Of a stretch of 47,242 bases of DNA, positions 16,212 to 25,432 are shown in pieces. A model generated the notes under the pieces. That model saw nothing but the letters and a program-made list of their open reading frames with translations. It was not told the origin of the DNA and did not search any database. The number at the start of each line of letters is the position of its first letter. Within the stretch, counting starts at the first letter, position 1. The position numbers were made by a program, and so were the translations under genes. Origin of the DNA: an uncultured bacterium (GTDB taxonomy: Bacteria > Fidelibacterota > UBA2242); contig CAZAKO010000003.1 of assembly GCA_964485745.1 (NCBI GenBank), positions 8,562-55,803 on the forward strand, given 5' to 3'.

Positions 16212-17354
16212 ATGTCGAAAAGAAGTATATGCATCTGGATGGTTATTACTTTACAACTCATGGGTTTAATTACCTGTGGAAAACCGAATAAAGCGACAGA
16301 TAGTACGACCAGTTTAGCAATGCCAATCGAAGTCGCGCCAGTTGAGCGTGGTTCGATTGAATCCAAACTTGATTTTTTAGGCAATATAATGGCTTCTCAG
16401 GAAGTGAAAGTTTATTCAACGGTGCCTACCCGGATAATTAATATGAAAGTCGATGTAGGTGACGTTGTAAAGAAGAATCAGATTCTGGCGATTGTCGATA
16501 ATGAAAAAATTAAACAGGCGGTAATCCAGGCCGAGGCGGGATTGGAAGCTGCACGCGCCCAGTATAAAAATATCGAAGCTGAATGGGCCAGGACTCAAAA
16601 ATTATTTGAAGCCAATGCCATCAGCAAGTCGCAATTTGATGCGTTGAATGCTCAGCGAGAAGCTGCCCGTTCATCAGTTAAACAAGCTGAAGCTGGTTTG
16701 GCTACGATGCATAATCAGATGAGTGATAGTTATATCACCGCTCCGATCAGCGGAGTAGTCGCCAGTCGCCTGCTTGAAGAAGGCGACCAGGCTGCACCCG
16801 CTATTCCGGTATTTTCGATTGTCAAAATGAATCCTGTCAAGATTCAAATCGAAATAGTCGAAAACCAAATCGGTTTAGTGAAAGTCGGCCAGAAGGCGCA
16901 TATCAAAGTCGAGTCATATCCGGCTGAGCAATTCGAGGGCAAAATCTCCAAACTCAATCCGACCCTCAATCCGATCACCAGAACGATTGGAGCCGAAGTG
17001 TTAGTTGAAAACTCTGAGTACAAATTAAAACCCGGCATGTTTGCAAGAGTGGAAATCATCATTGATAAACATGAAGATGTTCTAATCATTCCGAAGTATG
17101 CTATATTGGAAAATACCCGACTTGAATATTTAGGTGGCGAAATTACCAACAGCCGGGTGGTGGTCGAGAAATTCGTCTTTATTCGTCAGGACACGATCGC
17201 TCTGAAGCGGTATATCAGAACCGGCATCGAGAACGGTAACCGGATTGAAATTACCGAAGGTCTTGACGATAATGAAGAGATTGTTATTGTTGGTCAGCAT
17301 AATTTGGATGATTCTTCCCGAGTGGAGATTATCGCGAAAAGGAGTGCATCATGA
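16212..17354 (+). CDS. RND efflux periplasmic adaptor (membrane fusion protein, HlyD family)
   Basis: ATG at 16212 (the ORF track begins at GTG 16203). Lipobox-like LITCGK, alpha-hairpin coiled coil (AEAGLEAARAQYKNIEAEWART...), and lipoyl/beta-barrel motifs (ITAPISGVV, KPGMFARVEI). The stop overlaps the RND ATG. Confidence 0.88.
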   Translation: MSKRSICIWMVITLQLMGLITCGKPNKATDSTTSLAMPIEVAPVERGSIESKLDFLGNIMASQEVKVYSTVPTRIINMKVDVGDVVKKNQILAIVDNEKIKQAVIQAEAGLEAARAQYKNIEAEWARTQKLFEANAISKSQFDALNAQREAARSSVKQAEAGLATMHNQMSDSYITAPISGVVASRLLEEGDQAAPAIPVFSIVKMNPVKIQIEIVENQIGLVKVGQKAHIKVESYPAEQFEGKISKLNPTLNPITRTIGAEVLVENSEYKLKPGMFARVEIIIDKHEDVLIIPKYAILENTRLEYLGGEITNSRVVVEKFVFIRQDTIALKRYIRTGIENGNRIEITEGLDDNEEIVIVGQHNLDDSSRVEIIAKRSAS

Positions 17355-20300
17355 GGTTGTCCAACTTAGCCATCCGGCGTGGTATTACTTTCGGGATGAT
17401 TTATATTATCGTGATCGGTTTTGGCTTATTTGGTTTGTCGGGTCTAAAGATAGATTTATATCCGAATATTACCTTCCCGATAATAGCGGTGCTCTGCGAG
17501 TATCCCGGTGTCGGTTCCGAAGACATTGAGAACTCAGTCACACGACCGCTTGAGAAAGCGATCATTTCAACGAAAAATATCAAACGCCTGACCTCGCATT
17601 CCTATTCAGGTACAGCGGTTTTAATTGCGGAGTTCGACTGGGGTTCAGATATGAACCAGGCAGAAATTGACGTACGGAAGAATATCGATTTTGTACGCGA
17701 TTATCTGCCGGATGGAGCCAGTGATCCAATGTCGTTCGCTTTCGATCCCTCAATGCAACCCATAATGTTTGTGGCTTTAAGTTCCGATCAACTTGGTATG
17801 GCAGAATTACGCACGTTGACGTCTGAGCAAATTGAGCCGCGGTTGGAGCGGATTGCAGGAGTGGCTACGGCTTCCAGCGCTGGTGGCATGGAGCGGCAGA
17901 TCCGGGTGTTAGTAGATCCGCACAAGTTAGCCGCTCAGAATTTAGCAATTGCGCAGGTACTGCAAGCCCTGCGCATGGAAAATCTGCAGGTGCCCGGTGG
18001 GATCATTAATGATGAATTCCAGGAGTATACTGTCCGGACCTATGGTGAATATACCAGTATTGATCAAATCGGTAATACCGTCGTAGGTTATCGCGGAAAT
18101 GCACCGGTGTATCTAAAAAACGTTGCCCGGGTTGTTGATGGTTTCAAAGACCAGACGCAGGTTGTGCGAAATAATGGAAAAAATGCGTTGGTCATGTACA
18201 TCCAGAAGCAATCAGATGCGAACACTGTACAGACGGCACGAGCTGTGCGCAAGGAGTTTCCGAAAATCGCCGAAAAGCTCGGGCAGGGTATTAAATTCGA
18301 TATTATCATGGATTCGTCGGAGTTCATCACCCGCGCGCTGGATAATCTGACCAGCACCGCCTGGCAGGCTTTTATTATGTGTTTTATTGTACTGTTCTTC
18401 TTTTTAAGGCACTTCACAAGCTCTCTGATTGCCGCGGTTTCGATTCCGGTTTCAGTCATCGTAACTTTTTTCATTATGTACCAAATCGGCCTTACTCTCA
18501 ACATTATTTCGATGGCCGGATTGGCGTTGGCGATTGGGATGCTGGTTGACAACGCCATCGTGGTACTGGAAAATATTTATCGGCATAAAGAAATGGGCAG
18601 TGAGATTCGGGTCGCCGCAGACGAAGGGGCGGCGGAAGTAACCATGGCGATTACTGCTTCCACTTTGACGACTTTGGCGATTTTTGTGCCGGTACTATTT
18701 GTTCCGGGTATTGCCGGCGAACTTTTCAACGATATGGTAATTGCGATTGTAGTATCGCTGACCGCTTCATTGGCGGTAGCGATCACTTTGATTCCATTGT
18801 TGTCCTCACGACTTCTATCCAAAGAAAAGGGTTATAAAATAAAGTTCTTGCGAGCCATGGATCGCGGTTTTGGCAAGTTCATCGAAGCGATGGAGCGCCG
18901 TTACGTAAAAATTTTGGATTATTTCCTCGGCCATAAAAAGATCTTCTTATTGGGGTTGATTATTACCCTGGTAGCCACGATTTTGGTATATCCCAAGGTC
19001 GGAGGTGAGTTTCTTTCCCATACCGATCAATCTTTTTTACAGATTAACGTTCAACGCGAAGCCGGGGCCTCCCTGACGTCGACTGACCAGACATTCCGTG
19101 AAGTCGAGAAAATCATCATGGAGGAGGTGCCGGAAGCGACCAATGTTCAGGCTGATTTTGGTACAGGGGCAGGCATTGGAGCTGTTTTTGGTACGAGCGG
19201 CACGAATAAGGGTTCAATATCCATCGGTCTTCCGGATGTCAAGGAGCGTAAGCGCTCGGTGTTTGAAATTGAAAAAGCCCTGCGCGCTCGATTTGCCCGT
19301 ATACCAGGAGCAAAAATCACGATTTCCGAAGGTGGTATGATGTTTGGCGCCGGGGGAGACATCGAAATAAAAATCTATGGCCACGATCGTAGCGTGGCTA
19401 TCGCTTTAGGCAACAAAGTCGCGGATCAGATCGCGAAAGTCGAAGGGGTGTTCGATGTCAACAAGAGTTATGATCTGCCAAAACCGGAGTACCAGATTCG
19501 CCTGAATCGCGACCGAATATCAGCTTTTGGGCTGTCTGTCTACCAGATTGCTTCCAGTATCGAAACTGACCTGAAGGGTACGGTGGCTACGCAATTCCGA
19601 GAAGGAGGACAGGAATACGATATTCTGCTGCAAATCGAGGAATCTGCGCGGCAGTCCAAAAGTGACATAGAAAATCTCTATATCAGCTCACCTGCCGGTG
19701 TACAAATCCCCCTTAAAAACCTCGCCGATGTCCAGGTTGGCCAAGCTTCTGAAAATATTGTCCGGGAGGATCAATCCCGCATGTTATCAGTGTCCTGCTC
19801 GGTGCGTGGGAGGGATTTGCAGAGTGTCACTAAGGACGTTACGGAAAAAATGCAGAAGATTGTCTTCCCGCCGGATTTTCGCTGGGAGATTGGTGGTACT
19901 GCTGAAAGTCAGGCAGAATCGTTTATGTATTTAGGGCTGGCCCTCTTAGCGGCGATATTCCTTGTGTACATGGTGATGGCGTCTCAATTCGAGTCACTTT
20001 TAGATCCTTTTATTATCATGTTTACGGTGCCATTAGCTTTCATTGGGGTGATTTGGGCGATGTTAATAACGGGAACGACCATGAGCGTGACCGGCCTGAT
20101 AGGCTGTGTCCTGTTAGTGGGCATCGTGGTCAATAACGGTATTGTGTTAGTCGATTATATCAATCAGATGCGTGAGAAGCACGGGATGGATTTATGGGTT
20201 GCCATTTTAACCAGTGGCAAACGCCGCATGCGACCGGTGCTGATGACCGCATTGACTACAATCTTAGGCATGTTGCCGTTGGCATTAAATCTTGGTTCAG

Positions 20301-20497
20301 GTGCCGAAATCTGGGTACCGCTGGCGCGTGCAGTCATGGGCGGAATGACCTTCGCTACTATCTTTACCCTGATTCTCGTTCCGCTAATCTATCTCTTTTT
20401 TGAGCAGATCGCTCTCAAACGAGCTATTAAAAAGCACAAATGCGAGATGAAACCGATCGGGCGTCCCGAAAACTTTGATATTGCCCTGATAAAGTAG
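17351..20497 (+). CDS. RND efflux transporter permease (AcrB/HAE1-like)
   Basis: 1048 aa with 12-TM topology and two large periplasmic loops. Conserved TM4-region motif LALAIGMLVDNAIVVLENI and repeat motif VLLVGIVVNNGIVLVDY. Confidence 0.92.
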   Translation: MRLSNLAIRRGITFGMIYIIVIGFGLFGLSGLKIDLYPNITFPIIAVLCEYPGVGSEDIENSVTRPLEKAIISTKNIKRLTSHSYSGTAVLIAEFDWGSDMNQAEIDVRKNIDFVRDYLPDGASDPMSFAFDPSMQPIMFVALSSDQLGMAELRTLTSEQIEPRLERIAGVATASSAGGMERQIRVLVDPHKLAAQNLAIAQVLQALRMENLQVPGGIINDEFQEYTVRTYGEYTSIDQIGNTVVGYRGNAPVYLKNVARVVDGFKDQTQVVRNNGKNALVMYIQKQSDANTVQTARAVRKEFPKIAEKLGQGIKFDIIMDSSEFITRALDNLTSTAWQAFIMCFIVLFFFLRHFTSSLIAAVSIPVSVIVTFFIMYQIGLTLNIISMAGLALAIGMLVDNAIVVLENIYRHKEMGSEIRVAADEGAAEVTMAITASTLTTLAIFVPVLFVPGIAGELFNDMVIAIVVSLTASLAVAITLIPLLSSRLLSKEKGYKIKFLRAMDRGFGKFIEAMERRYVKILDYFLGHKKIFLLGLIITLVATILVYPKVGGEFLSHTDQSFLQINVQREAGASLTSTDQTFREVEKIIMEEVPEATNVQADFGTGAGIGAVFGTSGTNKGSISIGLPDVKERKRSVFEIEKALRARFARIPGAKITISEGGMMFGAGGDIEIKIYGHDRSVAIALGNKVADQIAKVEGVFDVNKSYDLPKPEYQIRLNRDRISAFGLSVYQIASSIETDLKGTVATQFREGGQEYDILLQIEESARQSKSDIENLYISSPAGVQIPLKNLADVQVGQASENIVREDQSRMLSVSCSVRGRDLQSVTKDVTEKMQKIVFPPDFRWEIGGTAESQAESFMYLGLALLAAIFLVYMVMASQFESLLDPFIIMFTVPLAFIGVIWAMLITGTTMSVTGLIGCVLLVGIVVNNGIVLVDYINQMREKHGMDLWVAILTSGKRRMRPVLMTALTTILGMLPLALNLGSGAEIWVPLARAVMGGMTFATIFTLILVPLIYLFFEQIALKRAIKKHKCEMKPIGRPENFDIALIK

Positions 20498-20512
20498 CAA
20501 TTATCAATTTCA

Positions 20513-20552
20513 ACGGGCAGATATGGACACTGTTTGTATCTGCCCGTTTTTA
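20513..20552 (+). terminator. Rho-independent terminator after the RND operon
   Basis: Perfect 11-bp stem ACGGGCAGATA (20513-20523) / TATCTGCCCGT (20537-20547) with a 13-nt loop, followed by TTTTTAATTTT. Confidence 0.8.
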
Positions 20553-20590
20553 ATTTTAAATTCCGTCCACATGATGGAAATATTAATTGA

Positions 20591-20764
20591 ATGAAATATT
20601 GTGATTTAAGTTGTCAATATGCCGAATTTCCGCAGGAATTAGCCGATGGATCAGGCACCTGTATGACCTTTATCGCTCTGTATTGCAATATTTTAAAAAA
20701 GTTAGTTGATAAAAATAGTCCTTGTCAGGTTAAAGATGGAGTGCCAGATAAAAGTGCAGAGTAA
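20591..20764 (+). CDS. Unannotated small Cys-rich ORF (57 aa)
   Basis: Hand translation: MKYCDLSCQYAEFPQELADGSGTCMTFIALYCNILKKLVDKNSPCQVKDGVPDKSAE. It falls below the 60-aa cutoff of the ORF track and fills the gap between the RND terminator and dacB. Five Cys at positions 4, 8, 24, 32 and 45. The Shine-Dalgarno is weak. Coding status is unverified. Confidence 0.4.
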   Translation: MKYCDLSCQYAEFPQELADGSGTCMTFIALYCNILKKLVDKNSPCQVKDGVPDKSAE

Positions 20765-22310
20765 AATCATTAATCGCATTGCCCGCGGATGTTGGATAAA
20801 ACTGATTGGATTTTTTAGTCTGTGCATCTTAATGACTGAGGTCAGTCAATGCTCGGTTTCGAGTGCTGGTTTACAAACACTGACCCGGCAATCAAAGCCG
20901 GTTGCAGGCAGGGTCAGCGCCCGAAAATTTAAGAAAATTGTCCGGCAGCTACTGGCTCAACCGGCCTTAGAATCAGCCATTATCGGCGTGCATATTGAAG
21001 AGACCGAAAGTGGTAGGATCATTTTTTCGCAAAATGCCAATACTTTATTGATGCCTGCCAGTAATATGAAATTATTCACGACAGCTACCGGGTTGACCAA
21101 ATTAGGAGGGGACTATCGGTATCGGACTGAGCTGTACCTCGATGGCCAGGTTAAGGATGGGGCTCTTGTCGGTAATCTCATCGTTAAAGGCAGTGGAGAC
21201 CCGACAATCAATAAACGGTATCACAATGGAGATGCCCTCAAAGTATTCAAAGACTGGGCTGATTCGCTAAAAGTTCAGGGCATCTATCGCATTGACGGGA
21301 AAATTATTGGCGACGACAACATCTTTGACGACATTGGTTGGGGACCAGCTTGGTCATGGGATTACCTGTGGTACAATTATGCCGCGCCGACTGGAGGTTT
21401 AGTTTTCAACGATAACTGTCTGGATTTAGTATGCAGTGCCGGAAAAGCTGTGGGCGAGCCCGCCAGCTTGGCTGTTGTACCTGCTACTGAATATTTTCAA
21501 TTCGATAATAATCTGACGACCACTACGGCGGGTGCTGGTTCGGAGATGGATTACTATCGCTATCCTGGAACTGAAAAATTCAACTTTTTTGGTCAGATAC
21601 CACTTGATGCCGACACGATCCGGGATAATATTGCAGTCGCCAACCCTACCACCTATTTCCTCACAGTTTTCAAGGAAACCCTTAATCAATGCGGTATTAG
21701 TGCCGGTGCAATCGTGGATGTCGACGACAGCCTTGTTGGTAACCTTAATTATGGGGAAATGAAACTTTGCGCTACATATCAATCCCTTCCGCTAAGGGAG
21801 ATTGTATTCACGATCAATAAAATCAGTCAGAATCTGTACGCCGAGCAATTACAGAAAACCATTGGAATTGAACACAATTCATCCACCAGGCAACCTGATG
21901 GAATTATTATTGAAAGAGAATGGTTAGGCAGCATTGGGATTGACACCAATCAGATTTTCATAGTGGATGGCTCGGGCTTGTCGCGCCTCAATCTTGTAAC
22001 TCCATATCAGGTTGTGCAATTACTGAAGGCCATGCGGGTTAGTCCTCATTGGCCGGATTATTTGAACTCCTTGCCGATTGGAGGGGTAGATGGAACATTG
22101 AAAAATCGGTTTCAGGGTTCCGGCGTCGTCGGCCATGTTTTTGCTAAAACCGGATATATTGGAAGAGTACGGGCGCTTTCAGGTTATGTTGATGGCCAAT
22201 CTGGAAGACAATTTATTTTCTCAATTATTGCTAATCACTACGCAGTACCGACCCGTGAGATAAATAATCTGCAGGATACGATTATTGACCTGTTGTACAA
22301 TCTGCGATGA
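20736..22310 (+). CDS. dacB: D-alanyl-D-alanine carboxypeptidase/endopeptidase (PBP4, peptidase S13)
   Basis: SxxK (ASNMKLFT), SxN-like (DGSGLS) and KTG (AKTGYI) motifs in PBP4 order, with a signal-like segment WIKLIGFFSLCILM. The start is uncertain: TTG 20706 (ORF track), ATG 20736 or GTG 20754. Confidence 0.85.
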   Translation: MECQIKVQSKIINRIARGCWIKLIGFFSLCILMTEVSQCSVSSAGLQTLTRQSKPVAGRVSARKFKKIVRQLLAQPALESAIIGVHIEETESGRIIFSQNANTLLMPASNMKLFTTATGLTKLGGDYRYRTELYLDGQVKDGALVGNLIVKGSGDPTINKRYHNGDALKVFKDWADSLKVQGIYRIDGKIIGDDNIFDDIGWGPAWSWDYLWYNYAAPTGGLVFNDNCLDLVCSAGKAVGEPASLAVVPATEYFQFDNNLTTTTAGAGSEMDYYRYPGTEKFNFFGQIPLDADTIRDNIAVANPTTYFLTVFKETLNQCGISAGAIVDVDDSLVGNLNYGEMKLCATYQSLPLREIVFTINKISQNLYAEQLQKTIGIEHNSSTRQPDGIIIEREWLGSIGIDTNQIFIVDGSGLSRLNLVTPYQVVQLLKAMRVSPHWPDYLNSLPIGGVDGTLKNRFQGSGVVGHVFAKTGYIGRVRALSGYVDGQSGRQFIFSIIANHYAVPTREINNLQDTIIDLLYNLR

Positions 22311-22313
22311 AGT

Positions 22314-24164
22314 ATGAATTCCAGAATTCGCGTCTTACCGGATAGTCTCCTTTACAAAATAAAAAATGCCCCGACTGATGCAGGCTGTTACCTTTACAAA
22401 AACAGCGCAAATAAAATTATCTATATCGGCAAAGCTAAAAACCTGCGGAAACGCGTACGTTCTTATTTCGTCGCCGAAAATTCCAAAGATGCCAAAACTC
22501 GCTCTCTGGTTCGGCAGATCGCCGATGTCGAATACATCATTACGAATTCCGAAATCGAAGCTCTGATCCTTGAAAACACGCTGATCAAGAAACATCATCC
22601 GCGTTACAACATCTGGTTTCGCGATGATAAAACCTATCCATACGTGAAAATTACCAACGAGCCCTATCCCCAGGTTTTAATTACCCGCAAAGTGTTTAAA
22701 GATGGCTCCAAATATTTCGGTCCGTATACCGATTCGCAGCTCCTTAAAGAGACAGTGCGGATAATCAAAAACATTTTCAGCGTCAGAAGCTGCTCCCATC
22801 CACTGAGATCAGACGCGATTGCCTCCCGAAAGTATAAAATCTGCTTGGATTATCATATAAAAAAATGTGATGGGCCATGCCAGAATCTTATTTCCGAACT
22901 CGAGTACAACCAAATGATCAGTAAAGTCAGCGCCTTTTTGAATGGCAAGACTCAGGAGGCGCTCGACTATTTTCGCAGAAGGATGGAAGCGGCGGCGAGC
23001 GAAATGCGCTTCGAAGATGCCGCTCAAATCCGCGATAAAATCAGTACTCTGCAGAATTATAGCAATCGTCAAGTCGTTGAATCTAACGACTTTATCGACC
23101 GCGATTTGATTGCGGTTCGCAAGGATTCCGAATTATGCTGTGCGGTTGTTTTCAAAGTTCGGCAGGGGAAACTGATCGGCCGCGACAGTATTACTCTGGA
23201 AGGGGTGGAGCCTTATGACCTGCCGGAGATTATGCGCAATTTCATTCAGCAGTTTTATGCAGTCGGCAGTACTTTTCCTCAGGAAATTGTCGTTAACGTG
23301 ATGCCCTTAGAAGCCAATATTATTCAATCCTGGTTATCGAATATCCGGGGACAGAAAGTCACGATAACGCTACCGCAAAAGGGTTTTAAATTACATCAGC
23401 TAAAAATGGCGGAACATAATGCCGACCTGCAAATCGGTGAACTGCTGGCGAAAGCCACTCAGAAAACGGCTTTTGCACCCAAATCCCTACAAAATCTTCA
23501 ACAAGTACTTAATCTGCCAGCTTTGCCACGCTTAATTGAAGCCTTCGATATTTCCAATATTCGCGGAAAATATGCCGTAGGTTCACTCATCACTTTCCAG
23601 GATGCGCGGGCTAAGACCAACGCTTATCGTAGATTCAAAATAAAGACTGTCAGCGGCAGTGATGACTACGCCATGCTGGCGGAGGTTATTCATCGACGGT
23701 ATTCTCGCCAGCTACGCGAAAATCAGTTGCTACCGGATTTGATTCTAATTGACGGGGGAAAGGGGCAATTGCATGCCGCTCAAAAAGAAATGGAAAACCT
23801 GAAACTGAACCACATTCCCATCATTGGTTTAGCCAAACGGCTGGAAGAAATATTTCGTCCTGGATCACCTGAACCAGTCTTATTACCGCGGGATTGTCCC
23901 GCCCTGGCCTTGCTACAGCGCGTGCGTAATGAAGCCCATCGGTTCGCAATTACCTATCATCGAAAGTTGCGTTCAGGAGGAGCTATCCGAACCAGTCTTG
24001 ATGTAATCGAGGGATTAGGCCAAGTAAAGAAGCAAGCGTTATTACGCCACTTCAAGACCATAGAGAATATCAAGAACGCCAAATTCGCCGAACTCTTATT
24101 GGTCAAAGGTATTGGGCCACGGCTCGCCCAACAAATTATCCAATCCTTTTTTAAACAAAATTGA
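22314..24164 (+). CDS. uvrC: Excinuclease ABC subunit C
   Basis: 616 aa. GIY-YIG (GCYLYKNSANKIIYIGKAKNLRKRVRSY), UVR domain (FEDAAQIRDKISTL), endonuclease V-like domain (IEAFDISN) and a C-terminal HhH (LLLVKGIGPRLAQQI). Confidence 0.95.
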   Translation: MNSRIRVLPDSLLYKIKNAPTDAGCYLYKNSANKIIYIGKAKNLRKRVRSYFVAENSKDAKTRSLVRQIADVEYIITNSEIEALILENTLIKKHHPRYNIWFRDDKTYPYVKITNEPYPQVLITRKVFKDGSKYFGPYTDSQLLKETVRIIKNIFSVRSCSHPLRSDAIASRKYKICLDYHIKKCDGPCQNLISELEYNQMISKVSAFLNGKTQEALDYFRRRMEAAASEMRFEDAAQIRDKISTLQNYSNRQVVESNDFIDRDLIAVRKDSELCCAVVFKVRQGKLIGRDSITLEGVEPYDLPEIMRNFIQQFYAVGSTFPQEIVVNVMPLEANIIQSWLSNIRGQKVTITLPQKGFKLHQLKMAEHNADLQIGELLAKATQKTAFAPKSLQNLQQVLNLPALPRLIEAFDISNIRGKYAVGSLITFQDARAKTNAYRRFKIKTVSGSDDYAMLAEVIHRRYSRQLRENQLLPDLILIDGGKGQLHAAQKEMENLKLNHIPIIGLAKRLEEIFRPGSPEPVLLPRDCPALALLQRVRNEAHRFAITYHRKLRSGGAIRTSLDVIEGLGQVKKQALLRHFKTIENIKNAKFAELLLVKGIGPRLAQQIIQSFFKQN

Positions 24165-24178
24165 AGGCTAAAGTTTTT

Positions 24179-25423
24179 ATGCAGATCAATGGAATTGAAG
24201 TCCGGCATTTAGCAAATTGCTACCAAACTCCGCTGTACGTGTACGATTTTGACCGCATCGTGGCTAACGTTAAACGGATGCAAACTGCCTTCAGCACTGA
24301 TGATGTTCCGGTTAAAATTTATTATGCGATGAAAGCTAATTCTCATCCAGCAATTGTGAGTCTGATAAATTCGTTGGGTATAGGAGTTGACTGCGTCAGT
24401 CCTGGTGAAATGGAAATCGCCCTCCGTATGGGTGTCCCACCTACAGATGTATTGTTTACCGGGAACTATGAGAGTAGTGAGGATTTAAAGGCGGCCTTCG
24501 ATGCCGGCGTACTAATCAATCTCGACGATATCAGCTCGCTTGACCGAATGCTGAGAATCGGCAAACCGGACAGGGTCAGTTTCCGGATCAACCCCGGCAA
24601 GGGCAGAGGACGTTTCGAACAAATCACGACCGCAGGCGAAAAGGCCAAATTTGGTATACCATTCGAAAAGGCCACCCTAGCTTATCAACGCGCATTGGAG
24701 GCCGGGATCAAGCGCTTTGGGGCCCATATCATGACCGGCTCGGGGATTCTGGACGCAGACCATTTTTTAACAATCCTGACTCGCCTGCTTGATATTTTAG
24801 AGGCGATTGCCGTTGAACTTGGGATTCGATTTGAATTCATTGATATGGGGGGCGGTTTTGGTATCCCATATTACGAAGATGAATCTGCCTTGGATATTCT
24901 CTCTTTAGGGCACCAATTAATTGAACTGTTCCGGGAGAGAAGACGACATGGAAAGCTGGGGCGACCGGCATTATGCATTGAACCGGGGCGTTATCTCGTT
25001 GGAGATGCGGGCTACTTGATTACGAAGGTTACCGGCATCAAAGAAAGCTATAAAAAATTTGCGGGATTGGATGCCGGTTTTAATACCCTGATCCGTCCGG
25101 CGTTATATCATGCCTATCATCCCATTTTTATTGATGGCAAAGAAAGCGACAGCGATTTGCGACCGATTAATTTATGCGGGCAGATTTGCGAAAATACCGA
25201 CATTTTTTATACCGATCGGCTATTACCGGAACTGGCTGAGGGCGACCTGCTCATTTTTACACAAGCTGGAGCATACGGGAACGTGATGGCTATGACCTAT
25301 AATCATCGACTCCGACCCGCAGAAATTGCCATAAAGGATGGCCAGGTGGATGAAATCACACGCCGGGAGCGAATGGAGGATTTCTGGAATCGAATCACCT
25401 TTCCCTATAATAAATCCAAATAA
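24179..25423 (+). CDS. lysA: Diaminopimelate decarboxylase (Orn/DAP/Arg decarboxylase fold III)
   Basis: PLP-Lys motif YAMKAN, GGGFGIPY, EPGRYLVGDAG, CGQICENTD and AGAYG. ATG at 24179 is preferred over the TTG at 24161 that overlaps the uvrC stop. Confidence 0.82.
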   Translation: MQINGIEVRHLANCYQTPLYVYDFDRIVANVKRMQTAFSTDDVPVKIYYAMKANSHPAIVSLINSLGIGVDCVSPGEMEIALRMGVPPTDVLFTGNYESSEDLKAAFDAGVLINLDDISSLDRMLRIGKPDRVSFRINPGKGRGRFEQITTAGEKAKFGIPFEKATLAYQRALEAGIKRFGAHIMTGSGILDADHFLTILTRLLDILEAIAVELGIRFEFIDMGGGFGIPYYEDESALDILSLGHQLIELFRERRRHGKLGRPALCIEPGRYLVGDAGYLITKVTGIKESYKKFAGLDAGFNTLIRPALYHAYHPIFIDGKESDSDLRPINLCGQICENTDIFYTDRLLPELAEGDLLIFTQAGAYGNVMAMTYNHRLRPAEIAIKDGQVDEITRRERMEDFWNRITFPYNKSK

Positions 25424-25432
25424 GGAATAAAG

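Noticed and set aside
18088-18558. 156-aa antisense ORF inside the RND permease. Similar shadows lie at 37112-37591 in rmuC, 28879-29322 in galE, 2000-2398 in the EF-G gene and 12900-13280 in glnA.
   Set aside because: All lie fully inside genes with unambiguous conserved motifs on the other strand, and their low-complexity composition is typical of non-coding frames.
20706-20735. TTG start at 20706 for dacB
   Set aside because: It adds ten residues (MIKIVLVRLK) before the plausible signal peptide and deepens the overlap with the small Cys-rich ORF. ATG 20736 or GTG 20754 is more plausible. This remains unresolved without homolog alignment.
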